From Laetmonice hystrix (lineage: Eukaryota): a stretch of 64,000 bases of DNA. Shown here in pieces: positions 12,201-21,529 of the stretch (the first letter of the stretch is position 1; each line of letters begins with the position of its first letter). A model generated the notes under the pieces. It was not told where the DNA came from and searched no databases. It saw only the letters and a program-made list of their open reading frames with translations. The stretch spans positions 8,868,001 through 8,932,000 of the forward strand of contig OZ249436.1 in the NCBI GenBank assembly GCA_965235115.1, in the 5' to 3' direction. Made by a program: the position numbers and the translations under genes.

Positions 12201-15200
12201 ATTGCCCTGAGGTAAATGCGGGTGTTTCCTTTGGTCTACGAAACCTTATTTGCCGCGTGGGTTTTCCCTCCCTTTAAGGCTAGAACTTGGTTGTGTCGTT
12301 GTGTAGGACGGCGTGCGATTGTTACTCGACCACGGGTGCCAGATGAACCCTCGAGATGCCGAGGGTCACACAGCGCTCGACTTGACGTGGACCATTGGCG
12401 GCCACCCGGACGTGGCCCTCCTTTTGCTGGCAGACGGAGCCCAGTTCAGCCAGTCCAACATGTCCGCCTTTGTTAGCCTCATCCTTGAGGACAGTGGTGC
12501 TGAACTTCATTTGTGTGTGTGTAAAGCTCTACTGCTGTCGGGGAACCACGGCCGCCTGTCTATCCCAGCCGGCGACATGGACATGCTCTCAGAACGACTC
12601 CGGGCGCTGTCTTCATATGAAGAATTCAGTGAGTGGCTCTATGGCTACCTCTTCAGTCCTCTCAACCTCAGAGATATATGTCGGATAGCGATTCGGCAAT
12701 GTCTCATGCGATCCGCTCGTGGTAAGTCCATACGGAGTAGCCTCCTCAAACTCCCGCTTCCACGAGACCTTCAGAACTTTCTGCTTCTCGGTGATATGAG
12801 AGAGGCTTGTGCACAAGAATCTCCTTTCTCTCCCGAAAGCGAGAATTCAAGTGACAGCACCTTTAGTTGTAACAGCACCCAGGAGGACTAAGCCTGGGGT
12901 GAAACCCGGTTCCCTCGATCCCTCTTCATGTACCTAGATGTTATGGGGTATTTTCACCCTTTCGCACATTTTACTATAGGAATTCCCCACGTTGATGTAG
13001 GCCATATATACCTAAAACTGCGGCGGATCCGGGACCATCTTTCTATTTGTCGAAACTGTTTTTTTTATTTGACCCGGACTTTCCCTTATAATTGACCAAT
13101 TAAACTTTTGTAGTGCCTTTTTTCAGCTTCCCTTCGTGGATCCTGACTTTTTATAAGTTTTCCCTTAGTTAATCATTAATGCAATTGATGTTATAACGTT
13201 CGTGCGTACTATGCATATAAGCACAAATTAGTCTCAGGTTAAGAGAAAAGTGTGATGGAAGTTGGTGTCATGTATGCATGCCGAAATTACCGTTATAAAT
13301 GTTCAAATCGGGAAAACATGTTCATCTGTGAACCTGTATGTCCGTAAAATGGTGAGAGTCTGATGCGAAGAAACTACTGAAACCCATGCTTGACTACATC
13401 ATCCCATTAATAAATATACAATAATAGTAATCCCTTCCAAACAATTTCTATACGGGTATACTGATAGCTTCTCAAGCATTGCCCCAAGTTTTTATACTTA
13501 TTGTCGATCATATTGAATTGCAGATCTACGCAACTGACATATGTAATTCAACTTATAACACATTATTACTGGATATTCTACTTCATACCTGTTCTCTGTC
13601 TTTTTCTTAATTATTATCACTCATTGACAAGTATAGGCCTATACAAGCACTTAATATTTTCGAGAATAGAGGGGCGGATCCAGGACGGGGGTGGGGTGTG
13701 GTGGGGGGGCAACCCCCTCTTAGTGCATTGTTGGCAAAATAGGGTCTGGATTTTGCCAGAGGATTTTAATGTTAGCAAGACGCCCCCCCCCCCCTCCCCA
13801 GCCCCTCCACTGGATTCGCCACTAACAAATAATCAGCAAAGTTTAGCTTACCACTTTCTTGCGCTATGATGTGGGTGATGTCGTCAGCACAAGGTAGAAT
13901 AGCACTAAGGTTAGCGTCGGGCTTGAACAAGGCCTCGACCTTGTTACGGTCTGCTCCCTGGTAGGTGACGATGTCGATAAATTTAGTCCTGGCTGATCCG
14001 TCTCGGAGCACGCCATCAATCATGGCCTCTCCCAGCACGGCACTTGACGCCACACCAGTCGACATCAGTAACTGACCTCCTGTAATGTAGACGTACGGTA
14101 ACGTTCACTATACTCCTTAACTACATTTACCAGTTAGGCCAGCAATCCATGTCTATAGTGCGTAATGCGTAATCAAAACAATGAAAACACGCATTACGCA
14201 CTACGCATATGGAATCACATTTTTCATTGATTTTGATGAATACGCCTTACGCACTACGTATTACGCATCACGCCCACAGTACGCACACATGGATTCCTCG
14301 CTGATGTTATAGTTCTCCAGCTCCGTATACTTTACAACCTGAAAGGCTAGCTACTAGGCCGATATGCCCGAATGTGTGTCACGTATAGGCCTATGATAAT
14401 ATGAAAGGTATTCCATATATCCAATTGCTACGTGTAGATGCATGTACTGACTCCTGTAAGATTTGATAATTACTCATCGCGACTTATGATACACGGCTAT
14501 ACAGTATGCCACCTCCTCTCTGCGGCATTATAATCGGGATAATATCAGTCCAATATCACCAAACAATTATCCTAATTCTGAATCTAAACAAAAATCATTT
14601 ATAAACATTAATTTGACCGACAACGTTTTCAAGATAATATTTGGTTGATCATGGCGCCTAAACAGTTGACAGATTGGCTATACTCTGTCTGTTTTACAAC
14701 CAAGAGAACCAGCAAAGAACTTAACGAAACCATTGTCATGTCATGCTCAAGTCAGATTATCGAGGTCAGGATGACATCAAAAAGAGACTTTCAATATGGG
14801 TCGATTACGTGTACACAATAACTTCTATATGGACTGAAATAAGGTGTATTAAATTTGGAATCTGAGACTTGGACAAATATATTAAACAAATATTATCTGG
14901 GTTGTTATTGTTTGTTGTGATTTGTACAGAGAGGGTCCCACCTAGTTTACACACCACTTGGTGCAGGTCGGCTGGCCCGTCCCCGTTCAAACAATGCACT
15001 GCCTCGGCAACCTCGAGCGAGTTACCGATCATCTTCCCCAGTGGATCCGACATCTGCATCAACAGGCCCGTCGTCTTGATCCCCTGGGACTTCCCGATGT
15101 CAATCTAGAAGAAAAGGTGCATGTTGTCCATTGGCAATCAACCTTTACTAAACTTTTTAGTTCTCACATGGTTCATTGTAAAAGAGAACCCCCTCAAAAA

Positions 15201-18200
15201 CAAAGCTATACGACTGATTTTGTTCATTGGTTGATGGATGTAATCTTAGCCTACCATTCCTTGACCGCCATGGCCTTTCATCTTCAAATTTATATTATAC
15301 ATTTAAAACTTTGTTGGTACGTCTCAACGAGTCCACAAAACAGAGGTACCCTTTGGTATTCGTTATATCTGATGGACGTTTCAAGGGTAACCATGGGGCA
15401 AAAACATATTATTATAAGCCAAGTCTAAAAATATGAGAAATATTATCATAATTGGATGATAAAAATAACATTGTTTGGAGGGGCTGGAGCCCCCACCCCC
15501 CCCCCCCACCCCCTCTTGGATCCGGGCGTTTGTATAGAGAAGTACGTCACCTACAATGATCTGACCAAGGCGGCGTGCGTCCTGTTCAGTCTTCATGAAC
15601 GCCGCCTTGCCGAACGTCAACTGGAGAACGAGGGCGTCCAGGTTTTCAGCCGCTTTCTTAGACATTATCGAGGCTGCAAAGGGACATTATCGAGGCTGCA
15701 AAGGGACATTATCGAGGCTGCAAAGGGACATTATCGAGGCTGCAAAGGGACATTATCGAGGCTGCAAAGGGACATTATCGAGGCTGCAAAGGGACATTAT
15801 CGAGGCTGCAAAGGGACATTATCGAGGCTGCAAAGGGACATTATCGAGGCTGTAAAGGGACATTATCGAGGCTGCAAAGGGACATTATCGGGGCTGCAAA
15901 GGGACATTATCGAGGCTGCAAAGGGACATTATCGAGGCAGGAAAGGGACATTATCGAGGCTGCAAAGGAAAACCAGCTCACTCCTCTCCTTGAATTGAAT
16001 AGTAATATTTACAAGCTAGTAATAGAAATTCAACGTTCATGACACAAATATTGTCCACCCATTGCATCCATGCAGGCACGCTGGGTGAAAACTCTCTTCT
16101 TGAAGAAGGGTAGACCAAGAGATTTCGCTCTTGTTGAAGGAGAGAACATGCGTATATGGGTTGGCCTACCCCTGAACGACGACTTCTGTCAACAGCGGAA
16201 CCTAAAGTAGGCCTACGTTATACGCCTGCGAAAATATGCCATGTCAGGTTGATGTATAGCGTTCTTCCCCCGCTAATTTACTAGTTCAGCTTTTCTACCC
16301 CTAGAGATTCGATCGTTTCCTCACTTGAAAGGTAATTTTATAGGTGAGATCATTGGCATCCGGTTTATTTGCAACGGCCAACCCCATAATATCCGTTACC
16401 GTAATGTACGTTTTAATGTTCATCATTTCATTCATCGTTTTCCTTTCTCTAGGTCCCAGTTGATACGGAACTCGCATAAATGTAGAGAAGAGATATCACA
16501 AAGACCAGCAACATCGACTTCATTAATACTCGACCCTCACATACATCACATGGCATATTTTTGAGCAACTCTCATGACAATCATCAAAGTGAGATAACTC
16601 TACACTAAGTTGGATCTTGCAGCCAAAATTTCACAAAAATATGCCTCAAAATGGCTGGCGTTGACCTCCCCCCCCCCCCCCAACTACACCCAATTGTAAA
16701 GTGTTATTAAGAATGTGGAGTTTACCAGCTATCAGAGACTTGTTCTCCACCGTGCCAGTCGTATCTCTGGTGGCGTACAGTATTTTATCGGCTGGTACCA
16801 TGTTATCGGTAGGACCTACGATGAATGCCCCGACCTCTTCAATCTGGGCATGCAGATGTTCCATAGTGAAGGAAGACCGGATGTTGGGGATGGCGTCCAG
16901 TTTGTCGAGGGTTCCACCGGTGTGACCGAGCCCACGTCCTGTTATCATCGGCACCTGACCGAACCAAAATTATTACATTGACAACTATAATCATTATACG
17001 TCCTGTTATTATCGGCACCTGACCAAATCAAAATGGTCACATTGCCAACTATAATTATATATACGCCTCGTTTTTATTGTTTCACGAAGTTCAGAAAAGG
17101 ATACAACTCTCGTACCGATACCTCAACCAATCAATGTCTGCCAACATTTTTGTTGAAATGATAGGCTTGTATAGCCTGGAAACGATAGCCTAACTAGGCA
17201 TACATCTTGAATACTGCCTGAACGGGACGCGTATTTCAAGTGGCGGATCTGCCAATCCTTTACCCATCGCTCCACTGGGTGAACAGGCCTACTCGTGGAA
17301 CGGAAGATAGTCCTACTCTATAGTGTATTGGACGTGTTTCACTTGCGTTGCGATGGCTTCCGTGCGTCTACGATTTCTCTCTCTCTCTCGGAAACTTCGG
17401 AAGTACGTAAAAGTGCTCGTACGGCCGCGTAAGGAATTGTAGGCTTGCGTAACCCGCGTAAGCACTCGTAAGAAAATCGAAAAGCATAATCCACTTGTAG
17501 GGTCTTAAGAGCTCTTCCGATTGTCAGAGGACATCAAAATGGAGCCCGAGGAGGTCGCACTAATTGGCCTCACCTTCGCCTTTTTGGCCGAAGGTGAGGA
17601 ACAAGAAATAGAAGAAGTTTTTGGGTTCGCTTTGGACCTTTCGCGCTGAGTACTTACGAACTCTATGCATCTTCCGATATCTTACGCGAGGCCACGCGCA
17701 CTATGCGCTCTTCCGATAATATCTAACATTTTTGATCTGCTCGTAAGGAGGTCCCGAGAGCGCTCTGGCACTCGTCAGACGTCTGAAGCCCTCGGAACAC
17801 TAGTGAACTCTCGTAATGCTTCATTCACTTAAAATGCTTGCGTGTATTCCCGATTTGGATTTTTTTCCTCGGAAGAACTCTCGTATAAGACCGCGCAAGG
17901 GGTGAATCGGAAGCATCGCAACGCAAGTGGATCACGCCCATATGGCAGAATTAGGCTTATAAATCTTTGGAAAGAGTGCTAATGAAATAGACCCAGGAGG
18001 CCCGCTATTCTCTCCGTGAAAAGGGATTATAGTTCATACCCGGTTTTTATAAACGTGCTGAAATAAACGTAAAGATCTGAGGGTTTTATTGTCAATGTAA
18101 TTCTAATGAGGGGAGTCTGAAGGAAAGGTCCGCTCACTTTGAGTCCGCACGCTGCCAGAGCTGGGGTTAGTATTAGACTGCTCTTGTCGCCAACTCCTCC

Positions 18201-19516
18201 TGTGCTGTGCTTGTCGGCTACTCGGCCCCGCATTGTCTCCGGCCAGCGCAGTACCTGGCCCGAGTGTAGCATCGTGTCTGTCAGTGTGACCGTCTCGCTA
18301 TCACTCAGCCCGTTTAGAAATATCGCCATCAGCATGGCACCTGTCAGGGTATCAAACTTTGGTGAGAACAATTGCCTACAAGGCAGTTTGCCGTGCTGCC
18401 TTGGGGGGAGGGGGGGGGGTGACGGTGCTTAGTGCAAAACACTTCAATTGTGCACCAGTATTGAAGTATCGACGTAAAGTCCAGGTAAAATTAACCTTGT
18501 AGTATAGTGTGAAGTTGGTCATTTGGTTGAGTAGGCATAGTAAGATGTCCCCCTGTGAACCTGACGGTAGCAAGATGCCCCCCCCCCCCCCCGCCCCTGT
18601 GAACCTGAAGGTACATATTGCGCCGCCCTATGGAAACAGATTTTCCCCAGAGACTTTTTACACTCTGCGTCTAACTCCCCTCTCCACCGCCACCACCGCC
18701 ACCACCACTACCCCACCACCCCACCACCACCACTACCCTTTCAAGATCCTTGTACTCTGCCATGAACTTCATAGAGGCTGAGGTATCAATCTTTCAATGA
18801 GGTATGTCATCCTGGTCGGTCAGGGCAGGTAGATATCTCCTGACCACGTCCACTTTCTCGTATATATTCTAGCCCAAATATACGTGGTGTACGTGCTTCT
18901 GTAGCAGGATGAGGTTATCCGCTTCTGTAGCAGGATGAGGTTATCCGCTTCTGTAGCAGGATGAGGTTATCCGCTTCGAATGCTTTTGAGGAGGGATCGA
19001 CCCCCAAACCCGCCCACCCCCCTCTGGACACGCGCCTGTGTCAGGTACTTTGAACTATCAGGTTTTCAGCCTTATCTTTTCATTCCACAAGTATAGCCAG
19101 ATTCTTGATCATTTTCTGCATAACAGATTTTATATTAGTATATAGGCCCCTATACTTTTCAGGACTATAACAGTCATGAGGTCATGGTCATGGCCCTACC
19201 AAAATCCTGGATCTGTCCCTGTTTATCAAAATGACGAAGTAAGGAGGGGGGGGGGGTTCAGTGAGGTCTTAAAAGTAGATTTCAACGTTGCACGTGTTCC
19301 CATACCGTTTCAGTAAGCGAGAGCCCAGCCTATTTCAGACAATCTCGATTCCATGCATTGGCCCGTGGCTCCAACAAGGGTCTATGTCCTACCTGTCTGA
19401 GCATCTGTGATCTGTCCTTGTACCACTCCATCGATGAAACTGGCCACCTCGCAATCTGTCAGCTCATGGCCATCCCTCTTCTTTGCGATCAAGTCGGGAA
19501 CCCTCAGATCAGGCAT
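9069..19516 (-). CDS. TYMP: Thymidine phosphorylase, 8 coding exons (19516-19393, 18340-18138, 16954-16726, 15673-15555, 15104-14942, 14079-13852, 9703-9563, 9205-9069); 1344 nt, 447 aa
   Basis: Family motifs [75 protein letters not shown]. All introns are GT-AG and phase-compatible. Confidence 0.95.
9563..9703 (-). CDS. TYMP: TYMP exon 7 ([33 protein letters not shown])
   Basis: ttatag| acceptor, G|gtgggt donor; C-terminal domain motif. Confidence 0.9.
10157..11458 (+). CDS. Ankyrin-repeat and SOCS-box (ASB-like) protein, exon 1 with about 10 ankyrin repeats
   Basis: Repeated TPLHLAA/TALH/GADVN-type motifs in ORF 10157..11497; ACG|gtgagc donor, phase 0. The start codon is uncertain. Confidence 0.85.
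11842..12273. mobile_element. Long-TIR palindromic MITE with TTAA TSD (Kolobok-like AG..CT termini) in the ASB intron
   Basis: TTAA at 11838-11841 and 12274-12277; about 145-bp near-perfect inverted arms (AGGGAGGGAAAAC...GCCGCTGGTTCT). Confidence 0.85.
12307..12891 (+). CDS. ASB-like protein exon 2: final ankyrin repeat plus C-terminal SOCS box
   Basis: gtgtag| acceptor in phase 0; SOCS box [16 protein letters not shown]...[15 protein letters not shown]; stop at 12889-12891. Spliced product is 628 aa. Confidence 0.85.
   Translation, partial: DGVRLLLDHGCQMNPRDAEGHTALDLTWTIGGHPDVALLLLADGAQFSQSNMSAFVSLILEDSGAELHLCVCKALLLSGNHGRLSIPAGDMDMLSERLRALSSYEEFSEWLYGYLFSPLNLRDICRIAIRQCLMRSARGKSIRSSLLKLPLPRDLQNFLLLGDMREACAQESPFSPESENSSDSTFSCNSTQED
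13409..13414 (+). terminator. Candidate poly(A) signal for the ASB-like gene
   Basis: AATAAA about 520 nt after the stop codon. Confidence 0.3.
13852..14079 (-). CDS. TYMP: TYMP exon 6 ([12 protein letters not shown]...DGSARTKF)
   Basis: ttacag| acceptor, G|gtaagc donor. Confidence 0.92.
14140..14302. mobile_element. Short MITE rich in TACGCA/TGCGTA; inverted related copy at about 22370-22584
   Basis: AATCCATGT..ACATGGATT ends; internal text (atcaaaacaatgaaa, cattgattttgatg, cgcatcacgcccac) is reverse-complemented at 22.4-22.5 kb. Confidence 0.6.
14942..15104 (-). CDS. TYMP: TYMP exon 5 ([32 protein letters not shown])
   Basis: ttctag| acceptor, G|gtggga donor. Confidence 0.92.
15555..15673 (-). 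CDS. TYMP: TYMP exon 4 ([29 protein letters not shown])
   Basis: tttgcag| acceptor at the proximal repeat unit; ATT|gtaggt donor. Confidence 0.88.
15661..15968. repeat. Minisatellite: 14 x 22 bp GACATTATCGAGGCTGCAAAGG spanning the TYMP exon-4 acceptor
   Basis: Units start every 22 bp from 15661 to 15947; three units carry substitutions. Confidence 0.95.
16726..16954 (-). CDS. TYMP: TYMP exon 3 ([19 protein letters not shown])
   Basis: Inside ORF 16646..16954; AG/GT boundaries. Confidence 0.93.
17330..17939. mobile_element. Non-autonomous TIR element, probably PIF/Harbinger-derived
   Basis: About 32-bp imperfect TIR GG(A/G)CGTG..CACTTGCGTTGCGATG..CTTCCG. Internal codons at 17607-17630 read NRRSFWVR, resembling the basic-WVR N-terminus of Harbinger transposases. 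Confidence 0.65.
18138..18340 (-). CDS. TYMP: TYMP exon 2 ([11 protein letters not shown])
   Basis: Inside ORF 18027..18371; AG/GT boundaries. Confidence 0.93.
18895..18977. repeat. 26-bp tandem repeat x3.2 (GCTTCTGTAGCAGGATGAGGTTATCC)
   Basis: Three identical units in TYMP intron 1. Confidence 0.95.
19393..19516 (-). CDS. TYMP: TYMP exon 1 [41 protein letters not shown]
   Basis: ATG at 19516; ACAG|gtagga donor, phase 1. An upstream exon cannot be excluded. Confidence 0.88.
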
Positions 19517-20338
19517 GTCCTTTGGGAGAAGAAACGTATTTTCGCAAGGATTGGAAGGACCTACAATCGCAGTCTATACGCAAGAAGTAAATGTGGCTCC
19601 CACGCCTGTATGCCTAGATGCATTCCAGGGTTAAAGGTTTCGTTCAGCGATGGCCCCGTCAAGGGAGTTATGGGCATCCGTTATAAATATACAACCTTAT
19701 CCGGAACACACGCACGCAAAGTACTTATAAAAAGGCCTAGTTAAATAACAGCGTCAGTTGTCCATTATGTTGACGGACATATCTGAGTGACAGCTATCTG
19801 TACTGAACGTGGTCGGAATTGTTATGCTTCCTTCTTGTATTCTCATAAACATCTCAGAGGACAGTAATATGAGGTACGCATGCCTTATCAAGGAACTGCA
19901 CCGGCTTATCAAGGTATCTGGGTCAAAATCGTCTCGATATAAATATGCATACTTCTAGCAGGTACGTATATAATGCATCGGTTATCCATATAACACACAC
20001 CCGCAAAAAATATACCACTGAAAAACTAATGTTTGTGACGTACTGTTTGTCATCTGTCCATCTCCGGGACGACAACCCTTTTAAAGTTATTCTCACTAAC
20101 TTTGTTCGTCAGAATAAGTCATTCTGACCAACAGGTTTGTCGCAGTGTACTGGTCCAGATATGCCATGTATGAGCTATAGCTATAGAATGAGCGTGGACC
20201 TGAATGTGGAAATATGTACGGTGACCCTGTTTGAGTTAGGATTCCGCGCGGTCAAGGGCGTGAACAAACTTCAGATCAACTGCGAACAACGGCTGGACCG
20301 AAAAGTACAGCGTACGAAAAAAAATAAAATGGCCTTAA

Positions 20339-21529
20339 AGGGAAATGTGAGTGTTCAAAGCGCCACCTAGTAAGTCGCGTTGGTACCACTGGGGAAATGC
20401 GAGTATTCCAAGCGCCGCGTAGTGAGCTTTAACAGAAAAATGTTTAGTTTATTTATGCAGTCAACTAGTTTGATGTGGAAATCAGTAGTATTTTTTAAAC
20501 CATGAACCAAACTGTGTGCTAGAACCACTCGGCGCTACCTCGACAGATGGCAGATCATGTCTCGGCCGTAAAGGTCAGGTCGCCATTTTTGAAAGTAGTC
20601 ACACAACTAAACAAACCCATGTGCTATCCACAGCTCCCATCTTGGCCTTTGTCGCTATAAAACAAATTCTAGTGGGTGTTCACGGAAGGGACGGTGATCA
20701 GAGTTATGTGAAATAACGTCCTCCTTAATTTGTATCTCGCCTAGACTGCCTCACCAGTTTCCGAGCGCTACGCGCTAGCAGTAGATCTAGCAGCGGGGGC
20801 CGGTCTCCCCGCTGTCGGTAGCTGCCCCGGGGAGTCAGCGAGTGTTGGTGGCCGACGATGGGACGAATGGAGGCATATAAGCCATTTCCGAGTTGAGCAT
20901 GTTTCTCTCTGTTTTGGTTTAACTGCCGCGACTTTCCTTTGGTTATCGGACAGTTTTCAAGTGCATAATGCAATTACGCTGTAGGGATTACTTGGTCAGC
21001 GCGCATTGTGCACCCCCTGCCTGCTCACTCATATTCATTCGCGCCGCATCACAAAGTCACACAAAACTGTCCATTACACCCGAGGTGAAAATCCGAACCC
21101 ACCGGAAGGTGGCGGACTTTCCCGAGGGTTCCCGAATGTGCCAGAACCTGTCTACTCCATTGAATACTATAGTTAAGACCCGTGTTTTACCAAGGCACTG
21201 ACTGTTGGCAGGCTGTAACTTTTTTTTTTTAAATTTGGTGACCCCCTTTTTTTTACTTTTAAACTATTAGTCCAGATCCACTTTACCTTGTCACCGAGTT
21301 TCAGGAGAAAATCAGTGGTCGTTTTTTAAGTATTAGTCAAAATGTCGTTTTCTCGTTGAAACCTATAGTAAAGACCAATTTTTTTACGGAGGCCTGTATA
21401 AAAAAATCTAATTCGGTGACATATGATTTTTTTGTTTCTTTGTACTCCTAAGGACACAGACTATCCCCCATAAAATATTTTGAAAATTCTAGTGGTCAAT
21501 CAAATTCCGTCGAAAACTCGCATTTCCCT
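20339..21529 (+). mobile_element. TTAA-flanked non-autonomous DNA transposon (Kolobok-like), long 1,191-bp copy
   Basis: TTAA|AGGGAAATGTGAG ... CTCGCATTTCCCT|TTAA; same family as 5354-5929. Confidence 0.82.

Noticed and set aside
15456..15998. 180-aa repetitive ORF ([22 protein letters not shown])n
   Set aside because: Antisense read-through of the 22-bp splice-site minisatellite.
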